From Candidatus Latescibacterota bacterium (GTDB lineage Bacteria > Latescibacterota > UBA2968): a DNA stretch of 64,000 bases. A program made the translations under genes and the position numbers. Shown here piece after piece: positions 9,700 to 21,500 of this stretch. The notes beneath the pieces were generated by a model. That model was not told the DNA's origin. It did not search any database and saw only the letters and a program-made list of their open reading frames with translations. The DNA is taken from the NCBI GenBank assembly GCA_965222605.1, contig OZ244960.1, forward strand, positions 2,368,001-2,432,000. Direction: 5' to 3'. Every line of letters starts with the position of its first letter. Position 1 is the first letter of the stretch.

Positions 9700-9855
9700 T
9701 TAGGTTTGTGTTCTATAAAGAATATATTAGAGAAAAACAAAAATCAAGATCGATATGAACAGCCTTGTTCCCACGATGCAATAGACAGTTGCCAGAACCG
9801 AATTCACCCACTATTTTACCAGAGAACTCATGACACAAAAACAGCGGAGGACATA

Positions 9856-12144
9856 ATGAAACTCTGGTATGACGAACCAGCGGAAAATTGGAATCACGCC
9901 TTATCCGTAGGGGGAGGAAAACTCGGCGCCATGGTATTTGGTGGGGTGAGTAATGAACGCATACAAATGAACGAAGACTCAATCTGGGCAGGACCTCCCG
10001 TACCCAAATCACCAGCAGGCGCACAACAGGTCGTTGCACACGCGCGTCAGTTGCTCTTTGAAGGCCAATACACCAGAGCGCAGGACCTCGTGCAAGAAGG
10101 CGTCATGGGAGAACGCATTGTACCGCGCAGCTATCAACCATTGGGCGACTTATTCATCGAACAAAGTGGCGTCGATCAACACACCGATTACCGCCGCGAA
10201 CTCTCACTAAACTCTGCAATCGCCACAACGCGCTGGGTTGCAAATGGCGTCGCATTTCGTCGAGAAGTATTTGCCACCGCAATCGACCGGGCAATAATCT
10301 GTCGCATCGCATCGGACAAAGCAGGCGCGATATCCTGTCGAATATCTTTTCATCGGGAAGAAAACGCACAGTGGTCGGGCACATCTGAAAACACACTACT
10401 CATAACCGGCCGCGCGGGACACGGAGAAACCCATCCCGGCGTGAAATTCTCTGCGGGCATCAAGGCAATTGCAGCAAACGGACGCGTCCAGTGTACCAAC
10501 GGCACCCTCATCGTCGAAAATGCAGACGCAGTCACAATTATCGTCTGCGCCGACACCGACTACAACTTTGCCGATCCCTATACGCCCCTTGAACAAGACC
10601 TGAACGCCTCCGTGATGTCCATGCTCGAAACGTGTAGTGCGCGTCCATATCCCCGCGTAAAGCGCGAACACGTTCGGGATCACAGCACATACTTTGACCG
10701 ATGCGCGTTATCCCTCGGAAACGACAAATACGACAACACACCCACAGACCGCCGCCTAACCGAATTCGAACACACATCAGACCCCGCGCTTGTCGCACTC
10801 TACTTCAACTTCGGACGCTACCTCACAATCTGTTGTTCTCGCCCGGGCAGTTTGTGCGCCAATCTACAGGGCATCTGGAACCAGGAATACGAAGCCCCGT
10901 GGAACAGCGATTACCACATCAACATCAACATCCAGATGATATACTGGCTCTGTGAACTGGTCGGTTTGCCCGAATGCCATGAACCATTTTTGGAATTTGC
11001 AGACAAACTCCGCGAAACAGCGCGTCAAACAGCACAAGAAGTCTATGGCTGTCGCGGAACCGTATCGCATCACACAACAGATGCGTGGCGATTCACCGAT
11101 CCATTGGGAAAGGTGCAATACGGCATGTGGCCGATGGGCTGCGGATGGAACAGCAGGCACTTTGTGGAACATTGGGAATTCAACGGCGCAGAAACATTTC
11201 TGCGCGACTCAGCCTGGCCAGTAGTGCGGGATGCAGCCCTGTTTTACCTCGACTGGTTGGCAGAAGACCCAAAAACCGGCAAACTCGTATCCGGTCCCTC
11301 ATCTTCACCAGAAAACCGCTTCCTCGCGCTGGGCACAGAGGAAGTATGCAACCTCGTAATGGGACCGAGCATGGACCAGCAGATCATCTGGGAAACATTT
11401 ACAAATTGCCTGCGCTGCGCCGAGATCCTGCACCTCGACGACCCCATTATCGACGACATAAAAAGCGCATTATCCCGCCTCTCGGAACCACAAATCGGTA
11501 CTGATGGACGTCTGATGGAATGGACGGAAGAATTTGGTGAACCAGACCCGGGGCACCGGCATATCTCACATATCTACGGCTTGTACCCCGGCTTCCAACT
11601 CGACAATCAGCCCGATTTCTTGGCCGCCGCGCGCAAAAGCATCGAACATCGCCTCGCGCATGGCGGCGGACACACGGGCTGGAGCAGGGCATGGCTCATC
11701 AATGTGTGGGCGCGCTTGAAAGACGCGGATCGCGCCTGGGAAGACGTGCGGCAACTGCTGATACGCTCGACACTACCCAATCTATTCGACAACCATCCCC
11801 CGTTTCAGATGGACGGCAACATGGGCGGCGCCGCAGGCATTGTGGAAATGGTATTGCAAAGCCATCACAACGCAGTCGAACTATTCCCCGCACTGCCAGA
11901 CGCCTGGACAGAAGGCAATGCAAAAGGACTGAGGGCAAGGGGTGGATTTATTGTAGATTTACAATGGGAAAACGGAGAAAAAACCGCGCACATAACTTCC
12001 CTATTGGGCAATCCCATCCGCATGCGATACAATGGATCTATGCGCGCTGTCAATAATGACCGGGCGGTCATTGCAGAAGGCCGGGGTGAAATCGCGTTCC
12101 AAACCGAAAAAGAAAAAAGCTACCATATAGTCATCTCCCAATAA
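9856..12144 (+). CDS. Glycoside hydrolase family 95 (alpha-1,2-L-fucosidase-like)
   Basis: MKLWYDEPA start with GGAGG RBS; [56 protein letters not shown]. Confidence 0.92.
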   Translation: MKLWYDEPAENWNHALSVGGGKLGAMVFGGVSNERIQMNEDSIWAGPPVPKSPAGAQQVVAHARQLLFEGQYTRAQDLVQEGVMGERIVPRSYQPLGDLFIEQSGVDQHTDYRRELSLNSAIATTRWVANGVAFRREVFATAIDRAIICRIASDKAGAISCRISFHREENAQWSGTSENTLLITGRAGHGETHPGVKFSAGIKAIAANGRVQCTNGTLIVENADAVTIIVCADTDYNFADPYTPLEQDLNASVMSMLETCSARPYPRVKREHVRDHSTYFDRCALSLGNDKYDNTPTDRRLTEFEHTSDPALVALYFNFGRYLTICCSRPGSLCANLQGIWNQEYEAPWNSDYHININIQMIYWLCELVGLPECHEPFLEFADKLRETARQTAQEVYGCRGTVSHHTTDAWRFTDPLGKVQYGMWPMGCGWNSRHFVEHWEFNGAETFLRDSAWPVVRDAALFYLDWLAEDPKTGKLVSGPSSSPENRFLALGTEEVCNLVMGPSMDQQIIWETFTNCLRCAEILHLDDPIIDDIKSALSRLSEPQIGTDGRLMEWTEEFGEPDPGHRHISHIYGLYPGFQLDNQPDFLAAARKSIEHRLAHGGGHTGWSRAWLINVWARLKDADRAWEDVRQLLIRSTLPNLFDNHPPFQMDGNMGGAAGIVEMVLQSHHNAVELFPALPDAWTEGNAKGLRARGGFIVDLQWENGEKTAHITSLLGNPIRMRYNGSMRAVNNDRAVIAEGRGEIAFQTEKEKSYHIVISQ

Positions 12145-12892
12145 TTAACCCATCGGGATCGACCTCATCCCGCAAAATGCACAACTCCTCTTCCGCAGGC
12201 GGCACAGTCTCTTCGACATCAGCCACCTGACCCAATTCAAACCCGGTATTTCTCTGCACCTCATCAAACGTCACGCCGGGATGCAAACTCTTGACCTGCA
12301 TGCGACAAGTATCTTCATCAAAACTCATCACACCCAGATCCGTAATCACGCGATAAGGTCCCCCACCCTGGGGCAACCCCGCAGCCTCGCGCGCACCCGG
12401 CCCGGACAGAAAACCGGGCGTCGTCAAAAAATCGACCTCTTCCACAAAACGACGGCGATCGTGCAGTGTAATAACCAGCGTGCGCCAGCAAAAACTCGCA
12501 AAATCATTGGCACCCCCGCTACCTGGAAAACGCACGCGAGGTTTTTTGTAATCACCAATAACCGTAGAATTTAAATTCCCATACGCATCAATCTGAGCAC
12601 CCCCCAAAAACGCGTAATCCATCACACCCCGCTGACATGCTTCCATAATATCACACATACTCGTCGCCATAAGCGCCCGATGTGTCGTGCGCGAATCGCC
12701 CACAGAAATAGGCATCGCGGGCAAAACCGGCGCCAAACCACCCGCTTCAAAAGCCACCAAAAGCCCCGGCGCATGCGTCTTTTGCGCCAGCATCGCCGCT
12801 GCACACGGCGCCCCCGTACCCACCCCAACGGTCGCCCCATCTTCCAGCAACCGGGACGCCACACAAATCATCAGTTCCATTGCATTGTACAT
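12131..12892 (-). CDS. CoA-transferase beta subunit (GctB/3-oxoacid type)
   Basis: FEAGG (catalytic Glu), [30 protein letters not shown]. Confidence 0.88.
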   Translation of the reverse strand: MYNAMELMICVASRLLEDGATVGVGTGAPCAAAMLAQKTHAPGLLVAFEAGGLAPVLPAMPISVGDSRTTHRALMATSMCDIMEACQRGVMDYAFLGGAQIDAYGNLNSTVIGDYKKPRVRFPGSGGANDFASFCWRTLVITLHDRRRFVEEVDFLTTPGFLSGPGAREAAGLPQGGGPYRVITDLGVMSFDEDTCRMQVKSLHPGVTFDEVQRNTGFELGQVADVEETVPPAEEELCILRDEVDPDGLIIGR

Positions 12893-12894
12893 AG

Positions 12895-13890
12895 TTATCG
12901 CCCTTCCTCTCTCCGCAACTCCGCCAGCCGCTCTTCGCCACCGCAAATATCCAGATAACTCTCGAAACAATCGACACCATACAAATACTTATCCAGAAAT
13001 GCGCGATATGCCTCCGCATCTTGCTCTGCGTCCAACCACGCTTTGAGATGCACCTCATCGGAAAAATACTCCCCAGCCATATTGCCAGGATAAGATCCAT
13101 AAGGCACATGACACACCGCATCAACACAAAAAGCGGGAATCGCGGTCGCATTTGGATCGCTGCGAATCTCATCTGTACTTACAATGCGCTCGGCACTCAC
13201 AATCACATGTTTGGATGCGCGCGCCAAATCCCAATCAGCCACCGTAATGCCCCGAATGCGACAATTGCCGTACAAATCACTCTCATGCACATGAATAAGC
13301 GCCACATCGGGATACAGAGCGGGCACAGCCGTCAGCGGCTTGCCAGTAAAAGGACACTCGATCTCCTTAGCCGCACTCTCTCTAAACGTATCCGTCCCCA
13401 ACATACTGCGAATAGGCATAAAAGGCACGCCCGTCGCCGCCGCCCGAAACCGACATGCCAGCGCGTAATTTGTCCACTCACACACCTCGACCTCTCCGCT
13501 CTCCATCAATCGCCGCGCCTGTGCCGACAACCCGCGCGCTTCCAACCCTATAATATAAGCCGCATCCAACCGCGAAAAAATCCGCTCTCCCCCGCGCGTA
13601 CCCGCTGCCAAAATCTGAAAATCGTGCGTCGTCGTATGCCCGGCAAACCCCAGATCCGTTCGCTCCTGCCGCACAATCTCGTGCAAAAAAGCCGTCGCAA
13701 TCCTGTTCCCACCAAACCCGCCAGAAGCCACATAATCGCCGTCATGCACAAACTCGGCAACAGCATCAGACACAGACATCAGCTTATCTGTCAACGCGCC
13801 CTTCTTCTCTCGAAAAAACGCCCGTGCAACATCTGGATCGGGATCTGTAAACAGCGGCCCACGACCTGTATTTTCAGAACCCGTCATCAT
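12895..13890 (-). CDS. CoA-transferase alpha subunit (GctA type)
   Basis: DAVAEFVHDGD, AAATGVPFMP, PDVALIHV..SDLYGN; adjacent to the beta subunit. Confidence 0.88.
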   Translation of the reverse strand: MMTGSENTGRGPLFTDPDPDVARAFFREKKGALTDKLMSVSDAVAEFVHDGDYVASGGFGGNRIATAFLHEIVRQERTDLGFAGHTTTHDFQILAAGTRGGERIFSRLDAAYIIGLEARGLSAQARRLMESGEVEVCEWTNYALACRFRAAATGVPFMPIRSMLGTDTFRESAAKEIECPFTGKPLTAVPALYPDVALIHVHESDLYGNCRIRGITVADWDLARASKHVIVSAERIVSTDEIRSDPNATAIPAFCVDAVCHVPYGSYPGNMAGEYFSDEVHLKAWLDAEQDAEAYRAFLDKYLYGVDCFESYLDICGGEERLAELRREEGR

Positions 13891-13900
13891 CGTTCGCTCC

Positions 13901-14671
13901 TCACAACGCCGTCCAACCGCCATCCACCAGCAGCGTATGTCCCGTAATAAGATCCGCAGCCGGACTGGCTAAAAACACCACCGCACCCACCACATCTTCG
14001 GGCTGTCCTACGCGCCCCAGAGGAATGCGAGAAAGCAAATCCTCGCGCAACTCCGCATTATCAAACGTCGATTGTGTCAACGGCGTCAAAATAAACGTCG
14101 GCCCCACGGCATTAACCGTAATCCGATAGGGCGCCCACTCCACAGCCAACACGCGCGTCAGATTCACCACACCGGCCTTACTCGAACAATAAGCCGCGCG
14201 TTTGTAATAACCCACCACCCCATTTTGCGACGCAATATTCACAATTTTGCCACCACCCGTCTCAATCATCGACCGCGCCACGCGCTGCGACATAAAAAAC
14301 AACCCCTTCAAATTCACATCCAGCACCCTATCCCAATCCGCCTCTGTCACCTCGAGCGCGTCCCTGGGAATATTCACACCCGCATTATTCACCAGAATAT
14401 CAACCCGACCATAAGTATCGATAACCCGGCTCACCGCCGCATCAATACTCTCTTGATCCGGCAGTTGCAATCCCAATGGCAATGCCCGTTGCTCCAAATC
14501 TTCAATCCCTTCACAAACCTCATCCAACGCACCCATCTTCTGCGGCACCTCACACACCGCCACATCCGCACCCACCTCAGCCACAGATAGTGCAATCGCC
14601 CGCCCAATGCCCGAACCCGCTCCCGTCACCAGCACCACCTTATCATCCAATCGCATACTGGGCAAAACCAT
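13901..14671 (-). CDS. Short-chain dehydrogenase/reductase (gluconate/glucose dehydrogenase-like)
   Basis: TGAGSGIG, NNAG, YCSSK (YxxxK), LVDGG. Confidence 0.92.
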   Translation of the reverse strand: MVLPSMRLDDKVVLVTGAGSGIGRAIALSVAEVGADVAVCEVPQKMGALDEVCEGIEDLEQRALPLGLQLPDQESIDAAVSRVIDTYGRVDILVNNAGVNIPRDALEVTEADWDRVLDVNLKGLFFMSQRVARSMIETGGGKIVNIASQNGVVGYYKRAAYCSSKAGVVNLTRVLAVEWAPYRITVNAVGPTFILTPLTQSTFDNAELREDLLSRIPLGRVGQPEDVVGAVVFLASPAADLITGHTLLVDGGWTAL

Positions 14672-17595
14672 TACGCCCTCTCCTTTTCCGAACCATAAAA
14701 AATGTCATTCTCCGTATGTCGGCAAGAATTATCATCATCACCGCGAAAATTCCTACACCCCAAAAATGCGCCATAGCGCCCCTTGCGCTGAACCATATCC
14801 GCGCCACATTTTGGGCAAATGGGCATCCATGAATCACAATCAGGATCCAGACATAATTTGAAGCGACCCATGCGCTGCATCGGATTGCCACACGCTTGAC
14901 ATCCACTCTCAGTATGATTGCACAACGGATAATTACTACAACCGTAAAACGGCTTTCCCTGCACGGCAACAAGCGTACCAGTCTTGCACTTCACACAGCG
15001 AATACGCTCAAAAGACGCCTGCTCCAAACTGGTCTCAAACTCGTCCAGAGCCAACGGATATTTATTCTTCAACAACTCGATCAAAAACTCAGAAGCATTC
15101 GTCATATCCCCAATCAAATACACGCGCTGTTTGGCGCGAGTCAGCGCGACATAAAACAAACGGCGCTCCTCCGAATATAGAAAAGGATCTAACGCGGGCA
15201 ATAACGCTTCCAGCAAGGAATGAGAAGTCTTCTGCGAAGGAAAACCGTATTGACCGCGTTCAAGACCCAACACCACCACATAATCCGCCTCCAAACCCTT
15301 CGCGCCGTGAACCGTATTGCACTCAATAGACAAAGTGGGAAATCGCTTTCTCAACATCATCATCTGCGTGCTATTGGGCAAGTTAAAACGAAACCTGCCC
15401 AACAAATAAACCGCACTGCCTTCTTCCGCCCGCGCAGCGACATGTGCCAGCACGCTATCCAGCCGCCCATCAAAATCCGCCTCGTCCGAAGAGCGATGCT
15501 TCTTCTCACGCAACAAAGAAACCGCGGAATGATTTACCATCGCGTGTGTGGTCAACGACTTTTTAACCTGCGCCGGATTTTCAAGCACAAACCGGGAGGC
15601 AACATCACAAATACTATTATTAAACCGAAAAGTCTTATCCAGGACCGTAATTTTAGTAGCCCCAAAATTCGCCTCAAATTCCGTAGTGAACCGAATATCA
15701 CTGCCCGTAAAGCGATAAATCGACTGCCAATCGTCGCCCACACAAAACAGAGAACACGCATCAACAGATTTTCTCAGCGCCTTAACCAGCCGCGCACGCG
15801 GCTCGGATATATCCTGAAATTCATCCACCAGAATATATCGCCACGGCGAAACAAAGCGACCACTTTGCACATACTCGATTGCCCTACCGATCATATCTTC
15901 AAAATCGATATGCTGGTTTTCTTTCAAGAACGCTTCATATTTCTCATAAATCGGCACCACAATTTTCAAAGCCTGCTGCTGAACCAGACTCAAATGATCG
16001 CCCTGAACAATTTCTCTCCACGGTTGATCTGGACGAGGCAAATTGCTCTTGTACCGCCTTAACAAATCCGCGAGCAACGGTGTCAAATCACTAATCGCAC
16101 CAAATTCCCTCAGCGTATCCAGCATCTCCTCCGGAGGTTTTGGATCAAAAACCACCCCAGCCTCTGTTAATTTTTTATCCAGGCCCGTCAGCAAGCGGCC
16201 TTCGGAATATTCGTAGTAATAGGTCTCTATCAAGCGCGTCCCGTACTTCTCGTGTTCTCCGCGCTTCCATTCCATCCCCTTGTGATACTTCGTCTTATCC
16301 ACAAAAGGTGCCGTATTGCCATCGCGGTCTATACCCAAATGCTCCAGATAAATACCGTAATCCGAAAGATAAAAATCGGGTTTGTATTGCCGATAATCCG
16401 GCCCGCTCGTCACATGCTCATAATCCGCTTCGTACTGATATGCCACACCCAGCTTAAACAGATGATTGGCGATCCACAACTCGCCCAGACTCCTTACCAT
16501 CTCCCCCTTCAGCGTGCGAATCTCATTCGCAGAAATATATTCAAAGTACTCGCCCTGGGTTTTAAAATCAAAGGAATTGACCTCTTGGTACCTGTAATAA
16601 CTCAGATAATCCAGAACCCATTGTCTATAGGTCGGGATCGCGAGCAACGTCTCAAACCACTGATCCACATGCTTTTCCAACAACGCGCCATCTGTTGCCA
16701 AAGGTGAGATCGAAGGCTGCACCTTTTCGACCGAAGCAATAATATCTTTCCCCAACTTGTGGAACGTACTCGCAACAACACCTTTTTCCTCCACGCGCTC
16801 ATCCAGCCGCTCCTGCATTTCTCGTGCCGCCTTATTCGCAAAAGCTAGCATGAGAATCTGCTCGGGCTGTGCCTGCCCGCTCTTAACCAAAAAACCCGCG
16901 CGCCCCACCATTGCACTCGTCTTGCCAGTACCCGCACCGGCCAGCACCAGATTATTGTCTTCGTCTATCACACAGGCATCGCGCTGGCTCTCGCTCAGCG
17001 GATTGCTCTCCACCTGATCAAAATAGGTTGAAAACTGTTCTTTGAGGCGATTCACATATTGCGCGCGAAAATCTTCCACCTGTTGATCGCTCCAATATGC
17101 CATCTCCTGCACCAGTGTAAAATCAGCATAGCGATTGCGATCCAGAGAACCCACCACCGGCACCTTGCGAAACCGATTGAGCGTTTCCATCGCCAGTGCC
17201 CTGATCTTCAGCCAGCGGGAACGCCTCAAATAGCCCTCATCCAGCAACTTATTAATCTCCTCGGCACACCGCCGCACCGCTGCTTCAAATTTTTGATCCT
17301 CCTGCAACCAACACCAATAATCCTGCAACCAGACGAAAAACCCCTCCACCTCTGCTTTGTGCAACCCCGGCAACCGCTGCTCTCCGCAATCCGTCGGCAA
17401 CACCAGCTCAAAAAACAGCCTCCCGCGATGTAACACATTTTCTCGCGTCACATCTTCAGTGCATACAGCAAAGCGTTTACCCCCGGCCCTCTCCAAAATC
17501 AGACCATCAGATGAAATTAAAAGAACCGCCTTCCTCGCGCCCAAAAGACGCATCATCCAATGCGGGGTAATGCTTTTGTTTTCAAGTATATCCAT
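14671..17595 (-). CDS. helD: UvrD-family DNA helicase IV-like protein with an inserted PD-(D/E)xK-like domain and C-terminal topoisomerase-type Zn ribbons
   Basis: LAGAGTGKT, VDEFQD, VGDDWQSIY, TVHGAKGLEAD, EERRLFYVALTRAK; insert YKPDFYL...IYLEHLG; CVKC/GCSNYPLC/CPKCG. Confidence 0.82.
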   Translation of the reverse strand: MDILENKSITPHWMMRLLGARKAVLLISSDGLILERAGGKRFAVCTEDVTRENVLHRGRLFFELVLPTDCGEQRLPGLHKAEVEGFFVWLQDYWCWLQEDQKFEAAVRRCAEEINKLLDEGYLRRSRWLKIRALAMETLNRFRKVPVVGSLDRNRYADFTLVQEMAYWSDQQVEDFRAQYVNRLKEQFSTYFDQVESNPLSESQRDACVIDEDNNLVLAGAGTGKTSAMVGRAGFLVKSGQAQPEQILMLAFANKAAREMQERLDERVEEKGVVASTFHKLGKDIIASVEKVQPSISPLATDGALLEKHVDQWFETLLAIPTYRQWVLDYLSYYRYQEVNSFDFKTQGEYFEYISANEIRTLKGEMVRSLGELWIANHLFKLGVAYQYEADYEHVTSGPDYRQYKPDFYLSDYGIYLEHLGIDRDGNTAPFVDKTKYHKGMEWKRGEHEKYGTRLIETYYYEYSEGRLLTGLDKKLTEAGVVFDPKPPEEMLDTLREFGAISDLTPLLADLLRRYKSNLPRPDQPWREIVQGDHLSLVQQQALKIVVPIYEKYEAFLKENQHIDFEDMIGRAIEYVQSGRFVSPWRYILVDEFQDISEPRARLVKALRKSVDACSLFCVGDDWQSIYRFTGSDIRFTTEFEANFGATKITVLDKTFRFNNSICDVASRFVLENPAQVKKSLTTHAMVNHSAVSLLREKKHRSSDEADFDGRLDSVLAHVAARAEEGSAVYLLGRFRFNLPNSTQMMMLRKRFPTLSIECNTVHGAKGLEADYVVVLGLERGQYGFPSQKTSHSLLEALLPALDPFLYSEERRLFYVALTRAKQRVYLIGDMTNASEFLIELLKNKYPLALDEFETSLEQASFERIRCVKCKTGTLVAVQGKPFYGCSNYPLCNHTESGCQACGNPMQRMGRFKLCLDPDCDSWMPICPKCGADMVQRKGRYGAFLGCRNFRGDDDNSCRHTENDIFYGSEKERA

Positions 17596-17608
17596 TCATC
17601 GTGGTCTC

Positions 17609-17641
17609 AAAAGAAAAAGCCTCCTTACTCAGGAGACTTTT
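17609..17641 (-). terminator. Intrinsic terminator downstream of clpP
   Basis: Minus strand AAAAGTCTCCT-GAGTA-AGGAGGCTTTTTCTTTT. Confidence 0.7.
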
Positions 17642-17670
17642 CAGAAAATAAATTTGGCACAATAACGGCA

Positions 17671-17716
17671 GCACCCTTCTGGACCGCGGCTTTAATCATG
17701 CCGCGATGACGGGTGC
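17671..17716. repeat. REP-like palindrome, GGA..GCGGC-N-GCCGCGATGAC family
   Basis: GGACCGCGGCTTTAATCATGCCGCGATGAC; related copies at 18455, 31207 and 56281. Confidence 0.7.
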
Positions 17717-17738
17717 TTTTAACTTCACACTTCTCACT

Positions 17739-18350
17739 TCAATCGTCTATCTCATCAAACCCATTCACAACCCGGCTGATCAACCCGTATTCCACAGCCT
17801 CATAAGGACTCATCCAATAATCTCGATCCGTATCTTCCTCCACCTTTTCAAGCGGCTGACCGGTCTCATCGGCATACATCTCGTTAATTTTCTTCTTAAT
17901 CTTCACAACTTCCTCAGCCGTACGCCGCACATCTTCCGCCACCCCCTGAAACCGCATCGAAGGCTGATGAATCATAATACGCGAATTGGGCAAAGCCAGC
18001 CGATCTTCCTTATCTGCAGCCAGCATAATCACCGTCGCAGCACTCGCCGACAAGCCCGCGCTGATTATCTTTACCCTGGGTCGGATAAACCGAATCATAT
18101 CGTAAATCGCAAACCCATCGTACACACTACCGCCGGGCGAATTGATAAAAATTTTAATCGGCTTTTCCGAATCTTGATGATCCAAAAACAGCAACTGAGC
18201 TGTAATCTTAGCCGTCAATTTGTGATCCACGGAATCGGAAATTAAAATCGTACGCGCATCAATCAACCCCTTGGTCAAAATACCGTTCTTAGACGCCTCG
18301 TCTTCCTCTTTTTCCTCATCTTCGAGAATCAAATCGTCCTCACAAATCAT
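17739..18350 (-). CDS. clpP: ATP-dependent Clp protease proteolytic subunit
   Basis: INSPGGSV, SASAAT (Ser), RIMIHQP (His), DTDRDYWMS (Asp); GGAGG RBS before ATG 18350. Confidence 0.92.
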   Translation of the reverse strand: MICEDDLILEDEEKEEDEASKNGILTKGLIDARTILISDSVDHKLTAKITAQLLFLDHQDSEKPIKIFINSPGGSVYDGFAIYDMIRFIRPRVKIISAGLSASAATVIMLAADKEDRLALPNSRIMIHQPSMRFQGVAEDVRRTAEEVVKIKKKINEMYADETGQPLEKVEEDTDRDYWMSPYEAVEYGLISRVVNGFDEIDD

Positions 18351-18407
18351 CCAGTCCTCCAAAAAATAAAACAATTACAAATGAAGAATTAAAAGCAACC
18401 CCCATCC

Positions 18408-18486
18408 TGGACGCCTGCTTAAGCCATGCAGGCGTGACGACAGGAATGGCGATTGTCATCGCGGCATGATGTTGAACCGCAACCCA
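18408..18486. repeat. Inverted pair of REP-like palindromes (GGA..GAC family)
   Basis: TGGACGCCTGC-TTAAGCCAT-GCAGGCGTGAC, then GTCATCGCGGCATGATGTTGAACCGCAACCCA. Confidence 0.7.
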
Positions 18487-18525
18487 ATTTATCCCATATC
18501 CCCATTTGAGTCAAGAGGCTTGCCG

Positions 18526-21500
18526 TTAATTTTTCTTCATACCTCTATCCGCCCTCACCAACTTCACCTCCACACTCTTGCTGTCCTGACACATAAACGC
18601 CACAACTGTCTGATCCGACTGAACCTTTGCATCCACCAGATCATACATGTCATCCAAACGCCATGTTCCCCGCACCGTCACCTCTACCTTCCGCGGCATA
18701 CTCGGCTGATTGACAATCAGCGAACCATCCTGACGGTGCGGCGTCTGGATCTCCCAGTTCCACCCAAAATCCGGATCAGCCACCGAAAGCAATAACCCAT
18801 CCTCCACCTCTCGAACCATCACCAAACTCGGCAAAGACACAGACACAATAGGTCCATCCGTCAGCCTTGCATCCGCATCGAACAGCGCGTAGCCCGTCGC
18901 CTTCAACCCCCGATGATATACGATATGTGCCTCGTGATCTTGTTGCCAGACATCATACTCGGGCGCATTGGCAAACGCGCGCACTCTATCCGGCGACCTC
19001 TGAACCAGCACCGCATAGTGATATGACGCACCTTGAGGCGAGCTCCCGTGATCCAGATACGCCAATTCAAAAGCTCCTGTACCCCCACTATCTCTACCAT
19101 AATCTTTGGAAACTTGCACCTCGCGCTGCACCCGCAGACCCTCTCCATCGGGAATCACATACCCATTGCCCAACGAATCCATCAACCATGCGGCTTGACC
19201 TGTTGTTCCCGCAAACGCATAAGGAACCGCCAACACACTTTCCCCATTCACCCCCGTAGAACGGTCTTGGGATATAAACGCCTGAAACAACGGCGTCACC
19301 GTCGCATGCTCACCATCATCGTTCTCAATACCCGATCCCAGACAAATTAGCACATCGCCAAAGCAGAACACCGTTTTAACCGCGCGAAAACTCGTATTGT
19401 GTTCTGTATCGTGCAACTTCAGTGCAAACACACCATCTTGCCCTTTCAGATTCACCCCACCCACAAAAGTCTCATCCGAAAAATTGCGATCGCGCCCCTC
19501 GTGTTTGAGCTGCTCATGACTCAGGCGAATCGCCGTCGTACCGGGCCACATGCTCCAATCCCACCCATCCCGAACAATCCCACTCGCCTCGCGGCCAACC
19601 GGATCCCCACTCGCATAAATCAGCATCGAACCATAGCTCAAATAACGACCAAGCGGATTATTCCTACCCGACGACTCAAAATCCCATACATATTTACTCC
19701 ACCCCTTCATACTCACCATCCACTCCCCGCGCCGATGAATAGACAACGCGCCATAAGGCAATGTCCAATGCCCAGATGGCGGCGCATCTGATGCATGGCC
19801 CGCACTCGCAAAATCCGTCATCATCTGCATCGCACCCGGCGTATGCAAATACATCAGCCGCACCGATACCCGCTCAAATAAATCTTCTATCAGCAACTGC
19901 GACTTCGGCTTCCAAAGCTGCATAAACGCACCAGATAATTCTGCATCCACCGGAGCATAACTCAAAGCCACATACATACACGCCGGCAACAATTTGGTAG
20001 CCACCGCAGTATTCCGCGGAAAACGACCATTAACAGCCATTGAAATATCATACGTATTCGCCATCACCCTGGACGTCAACAGCGCCCGCTTCAAATTATC
20101 ACGCTTATCATCCGCAACTGCAAAAGGCGTATCGTGCAACAAATACACCAGAACTGAAGCCACGTGAAAAGCATTTGGCGCATACCCACTGGCATAAATA
20201 CCCCGATGGTGGAACCCCAAAAAATCCGGCTTAATCGTATCCAACCACCCGGGCGCAATAGATAGCGCATTATTCAACCATGCCACATAGCGATGCATAT
20301 CTGCCACTTTCTCTGGCGTATCGTCCATCATCAAAATGCACAACAATCGATACATCGCCACCGAACGCAAAAAATCTGCATTCGCGCCCGGCATTGGAGG
20401 ATCCTCATACAACTCGCCAAACATGCTGTACCATTTCAAACTCGCCAATTCCCGCGCCAACACACCTCTGCTCTGCAAAATATCCCGCATCAAATACACC
20501 GCATGGGCATAGCCTGCAACCCGCAAAAACTCGTGATGCATCGCACCAACACCACTGCCATCTGCCCATCCCTGATCGTGCAAATAATCGAAAACATCTA
20601 TCACCCGGTCTCTGGCCTCCTCATTGCCATTCAACCGATAATCCAGCACCAGACGCAACAAAACCCCCTGGAAAACACTCTGAAAAAGGGGCGTATAGGG
20701 CGATAGCTCGGCAAACAGGGGCTTCCCCAAAATGCGGTCATCCTCGCGCCGAATCTTGTAATCTGCCAGATTGCGATGCCCGCGCTTGATATAATCTATA
20801 AGCGCATCGTGCCGAATCCTAACAGGCTCCCGCTGGTCATCCTTCACCCCATCACCCAGAACCCATGCCTCATATCGCTGGACAATCGTCTCAAAAGCCT
20901 CGCGTTCTTCATCGGTCATCTCCGCAGGAAGTGGCTCCGGCAGCCTGTTCAGACTCCATCGATATTCGCGGCTCCTATCCGCTCTCTTCGCATTGACAAA
21001 TGGAATCTGCGCATCGGGAGAACGCCTGGGGTGAATCCTCTCCACCAATTCCATCAGATCCAGATAAACAGTCCCGCTATTCGGCGCACGGATATCAAAC
21101 GCCGTCACCTGCCCATTTCTCGCCCCCTTATAAGACCTATTCCGCGCATCGTCTCGCAAATTGATCCACATCGCCCGCCAGCCCGTAAAACTCAAGCCAA
21201 ACTCAAACTGATAACGCGGATTATTTGCCCCCAATTCTGATTCTGTGCCAAACCCAAACGTCAGCACCTCATCGAGGGCCTCCTCGTTGTACACCCACGC
21301 CCGAAAACCGTTCAGCGCCTTATTGCGTCCCGGCGCGGGGTCCGTGAATAAAAGCCGCCCATTATTCTGCCAGGTCCACTTTAGAGATTGCTGCCCTGCC
21401 TTATAACGTCTCGTCGAAAGCGAAACCTCGCTACCTGCATCTACCTCATAGCTCTCGCCCATCGCCTCAAAATCATAGCGCCAGGGCATATCCTGTGCCA

